This document shows, piece by piece, positions 24,741 through 38,100 of a stretch of DNA of 64,000 bases. Location: contig NC_057719.1 in NCBI RefSeq assembly GCF_004010195.1, positions 67,087,065-67,151,064 on the forward strand. The letters run 5' to 3'. Within the stretch, counting starts at the first letter, position 1. Every line of letters begins with the position of its first letter. The notes under the pieces were generated by a model. It made no database searches. It worked only from the letters and a program-made list of their open reading frames with translations, and was not told the origin of the DNA. The stretch is from Chiloscyllium plagiosum (Eukaryota). The position numbers and the translations under genes were made by a program.

Positions 24741-26524
24741 GAATTGAGGAATTTTGAATCTTTAATTTCTGTGACAACTCCAGGAAGAGCAAAGCTTGAC
24801 TTCAAGCACTTCCCCAATGAGGCTTATCAGTGTAATTTGTTTGGATGCAAATTCTTATTAGTGAATGGGGAATAGAGGAGAGAAAACAAGAAAGTGCAGA
24901 AGTCATAAGGCTTGTCATGGATTCTTGCTGGTATAGGTAGCTAGGCAATTAACCAGTTTTTGTCCAAATTTGGGACAGATAAAGTGGAAAGGTGAAGTCC
25001 ATAAGTTATTTTACATGCAGAGTATTAGAGCATTCACTAATAGAGGAGATGTCATTGAAATAAAGTTCCAGGAAATGTACTGAAACAGTTGCAGTGCAGA
25101 AGATGATAACAAAATTGCAGATCCTCATATGATCCAGAAGCAGCAGAGAGATGAGCTTCAGGCAGGTACAAGATTAGCTCCAGTTAGAAATTGCCGGGGT
25201 GGGTGGGTGCGGTGGGGGGGGGGGGGTAGTGCAGTTGGGGTTGCTCACAAACCACGGGAACCGCATCAATGACAGGTTTAGCAGAGGACTGAAGTCCCCA
25301 GAATACCCATCACGATGGGGAAAAGCTGACATTGATCAGTGTTACTTCAAAAGGTAGTTCCAAGAAAACCTGTGTTCCACAAACTACAGCTCTCGCCACG
25401 TCATGAGATCTACATTCAGTTCCATGCAATACACATGCATACTTGATCTCTCTGTTCAAGAGCACTGATTTACTCTCTCAATGTTGTCTTGGTTCACAGA
25501 TTCATTTCATTGTTTGTCTCATTTGCCATTTAAAATTGTTTTATCTTCCTTTCAGGTGGAATGGATCACAAGCTTAAACATCTCTTAGTTACCATATCTC
25601 CTCATATCCTTCTTCACCTTCTTCTGAACCCCTCCCTGCTTTCAATCTCATCTTTATTACCTTTTCATTATCTCCTCTGATCTTCCAATCTGCATTTAAA
25701 GAGCAGAGTGATTCGTATGTAGAATGAACTTCATACTACAAGTGGTAGACACAGGTAGAGTTACAACATTTAAACAACATTTATCTAAGCACATGAAAAA
25801 GAAACGTTTGGACAGATATGGGCTAAGTGCAGGCAGGTGGGACTAGTTTAATTTGGATTTATGTTCAGCATAGATTGGCTGGACCGAGGAGTCTGTTTCT
25901 GTGTTATATGGTTCTATGATTGTTACATGCTTAAAATCTAGAAGAAAGTTTTGTATCTTGCATTCTCTGATTGTAAGTTGGTTGAACATTCCTTCTTGCC
26001 AAGTTTTAAGTCTACGTGCTGTGCAGTAATCATGATGTGCACCCGTGTGAAGCAATCTTGAGTTGACTATCTGAAATGACAGTGAAACAAATGAAATTTG
26101 GAGGAGCCAAACTTTTAATGTTGATTGATGCCAAATAAAGCCAGCATCCAAACTCTGTGATGCTTCCCTGGAATGACTGTTGGGAGCAATGAGGAGGAAA
26201 TGGTTTCCCAGCAAAACATAAATGAAACTTCTGGCTATCACCGAGAATGCATAGATACATTAGTAGCGGGCATGAGCAACAGAAAGATTTGTACCCAGCC
26301 TTAGATGAAGCTTGATAATGAACTTGGTCAGGAAGATGTTTACATTTGCAGATTCACCAGCATCCCATCAATGCACATCCCACTGCTCTCGATGTTTAAC
26401 CAAGCATGTTTCATCATATGATAAGCACTTACATTTCAGCAGCACCCACACTTCACTTCATATACTTTTCCTCACCACAGGTATGCAACTACCACCACTA
26501 CTTACCCCAATTCTCAGGATGCAT

Positions 26525-26650
26525 AGTTCTGTTCCTTTTCTCAGGGGGTGGTAAATGGGATCCAAGTCAATGTGTTTGTTGATAGGGTTCTGGTTGGAAT
26601 ACTATGTTTCTAGGAATTCTCGTGAGTGTCTCTGTTTGGCTTGTCCTAGG
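26525..26650 (-). mobile_element. PLE GIY-YIG C-terminal fragment (family of 27327-28088)
   Basis: Near-identical to ~27485-27606. Confidence 0.7.
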
Positions 26651-26999
26651 TTCTTCACAGTTCTGTTCTTTTACCCTTTGTAGACAACTACACATTAATG
26701 GATTTCGGTTGTAACTATTGTGTAACTCAAAATGAAGAGGAAAAAACCATCAAGAAAAGTGTCTTCTCAATCAGATATGAAGAAGGGAGAACATGTGACC
26801 CAAGTCAGAATGCGTAATGGTCATGAAAGAATGCTTTATTAATACTGCTGTCAGGAATGTAGTGCAAGCAAGAATTTTGTGTTAGTGGGGCAGGGAGGTC
26901 TTGTCCTTCCTTCTTTTAAACTCCAACAGCTGGTGTGTTTTGATATTGTTGTTAACAGGTTGCAACTTCCTATTTTAATGAAATTGTACTGAAGAGGAT

Positions 27000-28740
27000 A
27001 ATGGGACAAAAATGACACCAATCCTTTGGACATGACAGTCTATAGGATTCTAAAAGAGGTAGCTGCAGAGGGTAGTGAATTATTTGGAATTAATTCTTTA
27101 GAATTTCCAAACCTCAGAAGGTAGCAAGCATAATCTGACTATTTAAAAGGGGAGGAAAAGAGAAAACAGGGCACTAGGGCCAAGCTATTATTAAGGGCAT
27201 ATAAAAGGGCATTTAGAAAGTACGATTAAGCTGAATCAACACAGATTTATGAAAAGCACGGTGAGTTTTACATAACTGTTTTTGAAGGTTTAATGGGTAA
27301 ACTGGATAGGGAAGAAATAAATCGATCTGGATGTACGTTTGATCGCTGAGCTGGAAGGTTCGTTTTTAGATGTTTCATCACCATACTAGGTAACATCATC
27401 AGTGAGTCTCTGGACGAAACACTGGCGGCATGGCCCACTTTCTATTTATGTGTTTAAGTTTCCTTGTGTTGGTGATGTTATTTCCTGTACGTTTTCTCAA
27501 GGGGTGGTAAATGGGATCCAAGTCAATGTGTTTGTTGATAGAGTTCTGGTTGGAATGCCATGCTTCTAGGAATTCTCATGCGTATTTCTGTTTGGCTTGT
27601 CCTAGGATGGATATGTTGTCCATCACATGATGAATGAACATTAACTAGCCACAAGAAGCATGACCCACTCTCATTAGTATCCTTACATATAGATGAGGAA
27701 GGACACCATTTCAATTGGGACAACACATCTATCCTAGGACAAGCCAAACAGAGACACTCAAGAGTATTCCTAGAAGCATGGCATTCCAACTGGGACTCTA
27801 TCAACAAACACATTGACTTGGATCCCATTTACTATCGCCTGAGAAAAAGAACAGGAAATGAACATCACCACAGAAATGACATCGCCACAGGAAATGAGGT
27901 CACCAACCCAAGGAAACCTAAACACACAAATTGAAAGCGGGCCATGCCACCAGTGCTTCATCCGAAGGCTCACTGATAAGGTTACCTAGTATGGTGACGA
28001 AAAGTCTGAAAACGAACCTTCCAGCTTAGCGAGCAAACCTACATCTAGAACTTCAACCTGAGCTACAAATCTTCTCAAAACTCGCTATATAAATGGATGC
28101 TGGGCTATTTGGATTTTCAATGTACATTCAAAAGATGTTAGATAAACTTACTACATAAAATTCATTCCCATCCCTGGGAATGGGGATAATGTATTAACAG
28201 AGATGTGGTTAAAAATAAACAGTAGGAGTAGTGCTAATACCTTAGCTGAGGGAACTGTGTTTAATGTATTCAAGTTTGTTGATGCTGCAAATTAGTGGGA
28301 AAAAAAGTGAGAAGGAAGCAAAGAGCCTGCAGAAGGATAAATACAGGTTGGGTGGATCAGCAAGAACATGGCAGATGGGAGGTGTGATGTTATCCATTTT
28401 GTTGGAAGGAACAAAACAAGCAAACTTGATTTTGCTGGGTGAGACTGATAAAGGTTTGCATTCAGTGGGACCTAGGTATCCTTTCACATGGATCACAGAA
28501 ACTAACAAACAGATACAATTAGCAGTCAGCAAGACAAATTGTATATACATTTTTATTAAGAAAGAAATGGAGTATGAGTTTTAAAAAAACTAATTGCAAT
28601 TATATGGAATATCAGTTAGGTCACAGCTGGAGTACTGCATGCAGTTTTGGTCATCTTACTAAAGCAGGAAAATACTTTCCCTCGAATGAGTAGAATGATG
28701 GCTTGTTAAACTGATTCCTGGGTATGGGGAGGTTGTGGTG
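27000..28740 (+). mobile_element. Old CR1 RT fragment split by a palindromic PLE element
   Basis: Degenerate YLDFQ (~28105) and LEYCMQFWS (~28625) motifs. Confidence 0.65.
27327..28088. mobile_element. Palindromic PLE 3' element (~290-330 bp inverted arms) with a hammerhead core in each arm
   Basis: ~27330-27620 is inverted to ~27718-28045; plus strand encodes GIY-YIG C-terminus HHFNWDNTSILGQAKQ; TSD ataaatcgat / ataaatggat at 27317-27326 and 28089-28098. Confidence 0.85.
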
Positions 28741-29299
28741 GGCAGCAGGGTTGGCTGTGAAAATAAATTCAGATTCAAGGTTGCCACAACAGTAAACATG
28801 TATTTTGGGGGAAAAAAGTCCATTCCAACATCATACTTTGGTAACTCAAAGGGTAATGAATAAAGATGAAAATTAAAATGCAGCAAGCAGCAGTGTTGCT
28901 GAAATATAAAAACAATAATTTTCATTTTGTCTTTTCTCTAGAAAAGCTAGAGACATTAAAATACTCGGGCTCAAATCCTGATTCTCAAGGGAAGGAGATG
29001 AGGACAAGGGCTGAGCTGAAGAGTTGGGTTTAACTAACATAAACCTGGCCTTGGCATAATTCACAGAGTGAGAATTGGATATTATTTGCCTTTCAGCCTG
29101 GTTTTTCTCTCCAAACTTGGAGTGTGGAGAGGTTTTCTGAGGCACAAATAAGTTAGGAAGGAAAAGGGTTGAGATTGACACACACACACCTGCTAGTTTT
29201 GGCAAACAAAATCAGTGAGGCAAAGTATGAAGGTGTGGGAGTGCTTCCTCCTGCCTGGTCTAACACTTCTACTGTCCTGGGGTGTGCTGTTCTAACAAT

Positions 29300-30430
29300 T
29301 CTTTGAGGGGTTATCGAGTAAGTTAGATAAAGGAGAGCTACTGGACATGATCTATTTGTATTTCCAAAAGGCCATCACAAGACCTTTGATAGAAGGTTGC
29401 TAAATAAGATAAGAGCCAATGGTATTAGGGGTAAGGTATGGATAAAGGATTGGCTCATCGGCAGAAGGCAGAGAGTGGGGATAAAGGGGTGTTTTACAGG
29501 GTGGCAGCTGGTGACTGGTGGAGTTCCACAGGGGCCTGTATTGCAACCCCCACAACTATTCACTTTAACAGTCTGGACTTGGGAACTGAGGGCGTTGTTG
29601 CTAAGTATGCAGATGACAATAAGATAGTTGGAAGCATAAGTAGTGTTGAGGAAGCAGGAAGGTTGTTGAGGACTTGGCAGGCCAAGAGAGTGGGCAAAGA
29701 AGTGAGCGATGGAATACAATGTGGGAAAATGTGAGTTCATGCACTTTGGTAGGAAGAATAGAGGCATAGACTATTTTTAACTGTGAAAGGCTTCAGAAAT
29801 CTGAAGCACAAAAGGGACATAGCGTCTTAGTTCAGGATTCTTATAAGGTTAACATGCAAGTTCAGTTGGTGGTTAGGAAAGCAAATGCAATGCTAGCATT
29901 CATTTCAAGAGGGTTAGAATACAAGAGCAGAAATGCACTGCTGAGGCTGTTAAGGGTCTGGTCAGACTGCATTAGAAATATTGTGATCCGTTTTGGGCTC
30001 TGTATCTAAGGAAGGATGTGCTGGAGTGATCCTAGAGGAGCAAGAATGATCCCAGGGATGAATGTGTCTCATGTGATGAGCAGTTGAGGAGTCTGTACTG
30101 GATGGAATTTAGAAGGATGAGGGGGATCTGATTGAAACTTACATTCCATCCCCTGGAGACTGTGTGGTGTTTGCACATTTTCCCTGTGTCTGTATGGGTT
30201 TCCTCTGGGTGCTCTGGTTTCCTCCCACAGTCTAAAGATGTGCAGATTGGGTGGATTGGCCAGGCTAAATTGCCCAGAGCATCCAGGGATGTATAGCGGC
30301 TTGGTGGATTAGCTATGGAGAATGCAGGCTTACTGGGATGGGTTGTGTCTAGGTGGGATACTCTTCAGAGAGTTAGTGTGGACTTGATGTGCAAAATAGC
30401 CAGCTTCCATACTGTAGAGATTCTGCGATT
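29300..30430 (+). mobile_element. CR1 RT/3' fragment (~29300-30143) followed by an HE1 SINE fragment (~30145-30430)
   Basis: WIKDWLIGRRQRV, GVPQGPVL, KYADDNKI; V-SINE body afterwards. Confidence 0.8.
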
Positions 30431-33155
30431 CTGGTCCCAGCATCATTCAGGGTGGAGCCTGTCCAATTGGTACAGCTCCCTCCTTCCCCAGTATTGTGCT
30501 AATGTCCCATGAATTTGAACCCGTTTCTCCTGCAGCAATTTTGCCATGCATATACATTTTTAATCTTATTAATCCTGTGCCAATTAGCTTGTGGCACAGG
30601 TAGTAATCAAGAGATTATTACCTTTTGGTTCTGCTTTTTAATTTAGTCCCTAGCTGCTCTCAGCTAAACCTCTTTCCTGCTTTTACCTATATCATTGGTA
30701 CATACATGGACCACAACAACTGAATATTTCCCCTCCCACTCTATGTTCCTCTGAAGCCGAGATGAGGTACACTGGACCCCTACCCCACATTTACCCCTTC
30801 CCCCCCCCCCCCCCCCCAGAGACCCGCCCACCCACCCCCCCCCCCCTCACCCAGATACCAGGCAACACAGCCTTTGGGACTCTCAATTGTGGCCACAGAG
30901 AACAGTGTCTATTCCCTGACTATACTATCCCTGATGTCTCTTTTCTTCCCCCTCTCGAATGGCTCCCTGTACGATGGTGCTATGGTCAGTTTGCTTATCC
31001 CCCCCTACAGCCCCCATTCTCATCCACACAGGCTGCAAGAAACCTCAAACCTCTTAGGCAAGCTCAAAGGCTGAGAATCCTTCACTCTTAGATACCTCTA
31101 CATGCCTTGCTCATAGTCACACTCACTTGTCCCTGACCACTGACCAAATTCAGATAGTTATTCTAAAGGGTGTGACTGCATCCAGGCAACTCGCTCCCTC
31201 CCTTATGTGTCACGGTGTTTGAAGCTGAAACTCTGAGCCAGAGTTCCTCAAGCAACAGATCTGGTCACTATTAACCACAAAAGGGTCCACCAGCTCCCAC
31301 ATCATGCAAGTACAAAACACATCGCCTGGCCCTGTGTTTCTATTTTGGTTACTTAGCTCTTAATTTGTTTTTATTCAATTCCTATTTTTTTAAGATTTTA
31401 ATCCATAAATATTTCTCCTATTTACCTTGAATCTGAAAATAACCTAAAGTTGGTAGTCAAGTTAGTAGCTATTCCAACCAATGAACTTACTGTGATGTCA
31501 TTCATTATTTTGTATTCAGCCCCTGATCCTCGGCTTCAATTTATCCTGTTGAGAAAAACCTACAAACTATGAGCCAAAAAAGCAAACAAAAAGCACCTTG
31601 TTCCCACTGCGCCAAATTCCCACACTGCCTCCAAAGTGCCCAGGTGATATATTCCCTCTTGTTGTGTCTCACTCCAGATGTAATCTCTCCTTCTTGATTG
31701 CTCATCATTAAACTTTGCACAAAGTGTTTATTCATCTCCTATTTCCTATATTCTTACACTGAACTCTGGTGACAGAAATAAAAATAGCTGAAATGCATGC
31801 TGACTTTACCATGCCTGAATTGTGAAAAGATTGATACATTTATCATAAAGATTTCTACTTTACTATAACAATTTCAAACATTTTATTTTGTCTTTAAAGG
31901 ACTTCTCAGCTGGAACAAGAGCTTGTAAACATGCATGTGTACAATTCCTCAGAAGACCTTATTCCTCCTGAGGGTGCGCCATTACAAAATCTGGGGTAAA
32001 AAATCAGCATAGATACTGGAACGTTCATAGTTGGATTTTTCATCACTGTTCACAACTGAGCATTAGTTGTCAGGGATGCTTAGTTTGATACAAATACTGA
32101 AACCTTGGGGCCATCATTAAGGATAATACCAGAACAGCCATCAGAATATGATGTTGTGCTGATACTCAAGATGCAGTATTCACAGGTTTCTCACAAAAGT
32201 TAAAGATTTAATAGAACAACTCTATGTCCCCAACTGATTTGCCTAACTGACTCTGGTTAACAGAGAACACTGACCAGGTTTCTGTGCAAGAAACTACTGT
32301 TTGTTAGAAATAAATTCATTCTAACCACAAGAAACAAAATGTGAGTTATCATCATATAAATCTACTAACTGAAACTCTAAGGCCCTTCTTAAAACTCTGC
32401 ACACAAATGCAGTGAGACGCAGAATAAGAAACAAACACGGATGTTATATCAGTGGAAGGAAAGGTACTGGGAAAACTGTTCAATAGCATTGGTCATTGAA
32501 TTTGAAGAAATATTCCCTTTTGCTTCCCAAATCATTCTAACCCGAGAGCCTCTTATTCTAAGTTATTTAATTTTTATTGCAGACACTAGGCAATTAGCAC
32601 AGTAATTGTTCAGATTTTCAGTCGCAGTTTTAAGGTAATAACGATTATAGCATATGGTGGAAAAGAATACGTTTATTTCAGATGTTGGTTACTTTACTAC
32701 AGAGTAGAAAGAATGAGAGACTGATACTGTAGCAGTCTGAAGGCTTATCCTTTGTATTGTACTCATACACTCAATTCATCTGACCTGAGCCAGAGAGTTG
32801 TTGCCATGCTGATGACCTCTGGTCCCCACAAACTGGTCCTGAATACAAAACCAATCAGCAATCTGTCTCTGGACAAAGCTTACTCTGCACACACACTCTG
32901 TGTTTACACCTGAACAAAGCAACAGTCTAAACACAATCACAATGAGCTCAGTGACTTTTTTTTAAAAAAGTGCTGCCAGGCCTTTCATAGTCATTTGTCT
33001 AAAGCAGCCTTTTCCCCCTCTTGGTCCACAATCCAAAATAAAGACAAATAATGACAGATGGCCATAGAGTGCTACAGGTAAATGTGTCATACAAACACAC
33101 TCCACAGTATTGGACATGTGCCACTTTCAATAGCAGTGAATTGGTGTTGTGAGAA

Positions 33156-33250
33156 ACAGAAATTACTGGAAAAGCTCAGCAGCTCTGGCAGCATCTGTGG
33201 AGGGAAATCGGAGGTAATGTTTTGGATCCAGTGATCCTCCTTCAGAAATG
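33156..33250 (-). mobile_element. Short PLE-tail element with degenerate hammerhead
   Basis: TSD ggtgttgtgagaa at 33143-33155 and 33251-33263; minus strand ttctgaaggaggatcactggatccaaac. Confidence 0.65.
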
Positions 33251-33989
33251 GGTGTTGTGAGAATGTTGACCATGGAGAGTGGCCACTTCCAATGAACTTC
33301 AAGTAAGTTTATGAAATGACTCTCTGAGAGCCATACAATCACCACTTCAAATACAATTACAGAAACCAGATTCACAGCCTGAGAACACGATACTGATCTT
33401 CAGCAAGCTGTTCCCATGGAGCGTGAGTAATGTGATGTTGCCTAAGAAAGGACTGGTGGTGAAAGAGGGCAGTGAGGTCAAAAGTGTACTTATACCTGTT
33501 GCTGCATTCCCCTCCTAATCCTGCAAAATTATATTTGCTGCCTCGTCCTTGTCTTTGATGGGTTTTAAGGGGTTTCATAATGAATGTCAGGACTTAACAG
33601 GCCAAAACACACCAGTTCAAGCTCTGCTTTGTGTGCAATGGTTGGACAATGAGGTGCAAAAAGAAAGAGTTAATGCTGGTAGTAGCAGTGGGAGCATGGC
33701 AGAGGGTTTTATAATTTCCTGTGACAGGCACCAGCTGAACTTTTGCACTATTCAGGTAACCTTAACTTCCACCTTAGATACAGTTGGGTTTATGCAGATC
33801 CATCGGAGCTTCTCTATGTGGCTCATCAGATTGGTTCTTTTCCTCATTATTAAGAAATTGATTAACAATACTTCATCCTTAATCCTCTCTTCTGAACAAT
33901 ATGGTGCAAGATGCAGGTCTCACACTGCTATTACCTGCTTGCATTTGTTACTCATTTTGCCCTGAATAAATATTTTTTCCTGTTCGCAT

Positions 33990-34540
33990 GCCCACTTGTC
34001 TGTCCTTGGCATGCTGTAATGCTCTAGCAAATCACAGCGCAAACCCGAAGAACAAATTTCATCTTCAGACTAGATACTTTATAAGCTTCTGGACTTAATA
34101 TTGAGTTCACCACCTTCAGATTGTGAATTCACTCCCATTTCTTCCCTTTCTTTTAGGTTTACCCATGTTGTATTCTCTGTCACCATGTCCTCTCTCCCAT
34201 TCTGGTGGGACCATCTGTTCTTTCCAGTCTGGCAGTTAGACACACCAGCGTTCAGCCATTCTCACATTCCGATCACATAATCTGAACTATCAACATCTTT
34301 TCTCCCTCAGCACTCCACCACACCACCCCCCCACCCCGCTCAACACAATTCCATAAATGCTGCTCCCTCCATACTTTACGTCAGCTCTGATGAAGACTCA
34401 TCTAGACTGGAAATGTTAGCTTGCTCTCTCTCCATGGATGTTGCAGGGACTGATAATATTCTTCAATGTTACATATGCTGTGATTTCCAGTAATTTTTAT
34501 TTTCGGTGAAGATTCCAGTATCTGCAGTAATTTGTTCCTT
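33990..34540 (+). mobile_element. PLE 3' end (GIY-YIG C-terminal remnant, 3' UTR, hammerhead-like core ~34387-34410)
   Basis: QRKPEEQ..IFRL.TL..SGLNIEF-like peptide; ctgatgaagactcatctagactggaaa. Confidence 0.65.
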
Positions 34541-34713
34541 TTTAAGGTATCAGTTGTTTTGAGCATTTCAGTATCACAAGGAAATAACATGAGACAGCTC
34601 TCCATACGCTTGATAGAGGTCTAACTTAGTTATAGAAATCTCTTAAAATCAAACAAAAACTTGTAAGGCTGCCATTTTAAATCTTTTTCTTTTAATCATC
34701 TACAGTATGTTGT

Positions 34714-34942
34714 AGGTTGAAATCTTTGAGGAGAAAGTGAGGTCTGCAGATGCTGGAGATCAGAGCTGAAAATGTGTTGCTGGAAAAGCGCAGCAGGTCA
34801 GGTAGCATCCAGGGAACAGGAGAATCGACGTTTCGGGCATAAGCCCTTCTTCAGGAATGAAGGGCTTATGCCCGAAACGTCGATTCTCATGTTCCCTGGA
34901 TGCTGCCTGACCTGCTGCGCTTTTCCAGCAACACATTTTCAG
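34714..34942 (-). mobile_element. Near-perfect hairpin PLE-derived element with an intact hammerhead core on the minus strand
   Basis: 86-bp arms 34764-34849 and 34859-34944 with a 9-nt loop; TSD ctacagtatgttgt at 34700-34713 and 34943-34956. Confidence 0.9.
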
Positions 34943-35194
34943 CTACAGTATGTTGTGACTTGGCTCACTATGTCCAGTCCAAAATTACACTATTGCCCTC
35001 ATTCTAGTTATTAGTTTCAATGTTATAAAATTAGAAATAAGATCATTAATTATTTTGGTTCTATCAGGTCTTCAATTGAAAGACTGCTGTTGAAAGTGCC
35101 TGCTTAATAGACTTCAGTTTGTACATGCTGTCAACTGTTTACGACTTGCCAATCACTCCAGCAAAAGAATATTACAACTGACAGAATATAAAGA

Positions 35195-38100
35195 AATTAA
35201 AACTTATAGTTTTATTATGATAGTTATTTGATATGTCAAATTACAAGTGTATGATGTAACAAAACCAGTTACAAACTTATATATGCATATTTACATTATA
35301 TATATATTCAAGAAATTAAGAAGCTACACCCTCATACATTTAAGAAATTACACCTGTGGCAGGAGTTATTAAAACTAAATTGTACATCACATACTTAGTA
35401 TCTTTTCAACAAAAATATAAAAAAACTAAAAACAAAAAGTAACAAATACAATAGCAGTTAGATTTAAATGGAATTTTTAAAATGAACAAGCGAGGCACTT
35501 TTTGGAAGTGGGCTAGGCATCTGCAAGTGGCACAAAGCAAACAATAGGCAGTACTTAGAAACAAAAACCTCTAGGTACAAGGCGTTTTTAGCTTAATGTT
35601 TTCTATTAGATAAAGTCTCAAATTCTAACAAATACCATTTCAAAAAAAAGTAATTAGAAGTAGAACAAAAATGACATGACCGTTCTGAGCACATAAGTGC
35701 GCCATCAGTATTCAGCAGGGTCAATTCCTTTACAGCTATTAGCATGCCTCTTAGGCTGTTTAAATCCATAAAGTAGACATTGCATATAAATTACAGTACA
35801 TGGTTAGGTGATGTACCATACTGGTTAGTAGTGCCTCATTATTCTAAGGTCAAAGTGTACCTATTACCACAAACAAAACACTTTGCTACAGCCAGCAAGT
35901 TTTTCTCTTGGGGGTAGTCGTATCTTCTTACATTACACATACAAACTCTGTCAGACTCCCCCCATCCAAAGAAAAATAAAGATAAAAAGCAGCTTATATT
36001 TATGCTAAGAATTACTGGATGCTAAACAGTCTACTGAGAAGATCTTGTTTGTCTAAACTGAGTTGGAAACACTTTCCAGTATGCTAGCAATTTTTCCTTC
36101 ACACCAACGATCTTCATAACAATAGTTATAAACTCTGAACTCATCCGCACACAAGGAGGGGTGTGAAAGGGAGATGAAAGGGGGCATTTTGATTGAACTT
36201 AAAGAACCAAACACAATCAAAGCAGAGACTGTAACTGGTGGATGTGAAAATACCCACCAGATCTGCACAGCAGCTCAATTTCTTGAAGTATACGACAAAA
36301 AAACTTCACTCAATCACAAACAAACATCATCAAAAAGTCATCGGGTAGTAATTGAGAGGTTAAAACATGTTTTGTAGATTCGTATCTATAAACTGTTAGC
36401 TTGGAGTACAGGGTTTGCAAAATAAAAAATTCTGGCTTCAATTCACTATTCAATTTATAATCTATATAGTGACTATCAGCTCAACATACAGGAAAGTTTT
36501 AGTCAGATCCTGGTACTCCATACTATCTACTGACTGTGAAAAGGCAGATGGGCAAGTTAATTTACACCACATGTTCTTAACCAGAGCACAGAAGACAGGA
36601 AAAGCACAAAACCTTTAAGCACTCAAGATCTTTAGGAATTCCTGCAAAGAGTAAAACTGGCCCAGATGTCCACATTAAAACAATACTGGAATGAAATACG
36701 GAAGCCTGCTGAATCCTCTGAAATCCCGAGAAATGAGAATTTCCACTCAGCCTATTATATACTTGAACTCAGCAGCATTTGATAGTGACCTTATATAGCA
36801 CAACTGAAATTTCTGTCAGAGGCTCTGATGCAGGGGCTGAGAAGATTCTTCAATGTTACATTTGCCTGTCTACCATGAACATCAATAATAGTAGATGGCA
36901 GGCCAGTACAATCTGATATTTTAAAAAGCTTGCAGTTCTTTAGAAAGGTTCAGGTAAATTGAGAGCTTTTGAATTGAACTGTGGAAAACAGTTTTCCAAA
37001 ACTTGGATAATGAAAATTTGCAAGTAGCAACTCGAATGTAGTAAGCTATGTGGAGAATCACAAGCAATGTGTGAACACTCTGAGCACAATTCAAAATTTG
37101 TTTCTCCCAGTGTGCAGAATACTGATGAAATATAAGTTTCCAAGCATACGGATGGAATCCTATCAAGAAACATTACTTTCGTGACTCAAACAGCAAAATG
37201 AAAAAATTGCCCCCATCACCAAACATGTCCTAGTGAAGCCATTCTGTGATTAAGTACAAAACTAGAAACAAGCTCTTTTTAAAACTAAGTCTCATATCAT
37301 TAGCCTCTACTTTTCAATGTGAAATAATACTCAAAGTTGGCTTATGTACAGAAAGCTGTCAGTCCATTCCATCTACTCACAGCTGATAAATATCAATGCA
37401 TTCTAATGTGGAGTATTTTACAGATGGAGTTATGTATTTACATATCTAAAAATTAGAACCTAGGCAAGCAACTCTGACAAAGCCCTAAATTTTAAGTGTA
37501 GATTTTGTGAGTAAATATTTGGTAAAATTTGGAAGCATCAATTCTTAGGGTGAAATAGTCCTGGCACAATTACGACAGCTCAATTATCCTTTCCACAGTC
37601 ACGAATACGTACACAGGCTACAAAGGTATGCACGGACAATGTATCAAACTAATTGCACCCAAATGTGGCATTAAACATTTAGGGTTATTCTATATATTGT
37701 TTGCAAATTATCACCATGGGGTCTGCACAAATTGACAAATGATTCCAAATAATTAAATGTTTTTGAAAAAAAAAGTGAGATATTAATTTTGAGTCTGTGA
37801 ATTTAATTAGTTCAGGCTCTAAATCAATCTTCATTGTTTAGGTATTGGTTCTTCAAATTTGAAATATGTTCCTACTAGTAACCTTCTGAGCATTATTATC
37901 GATTTAAACTTGAAGATTCATCTCATCCATGCAGACCTGTGTTCTACGGATATATATTTAAGTATAAACCATTTTGCTTGGTAGCACAGAAATGGAGTAC
38001 TGCTGAAAAAGATAGTCATGTTCTCTAAACACTCATCAGGATAAATGGCAGAATGCCAAATTTCAAAGAAAGCAATAATCTATAATGCACGAGCAAAGGT

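Noticed and set aside
25196..25240. G-rich tract (also C-rich tract at ~30795-30850) as a G-quadruplex element
   Set aside because: Simple homopolymer expansions in repeat debris with no supporting context.
32060..33076. Possible solo LTR (also ~22385-23270)
   Set aside because: LTR-like composition, but I could not establish both termini or a TSD.
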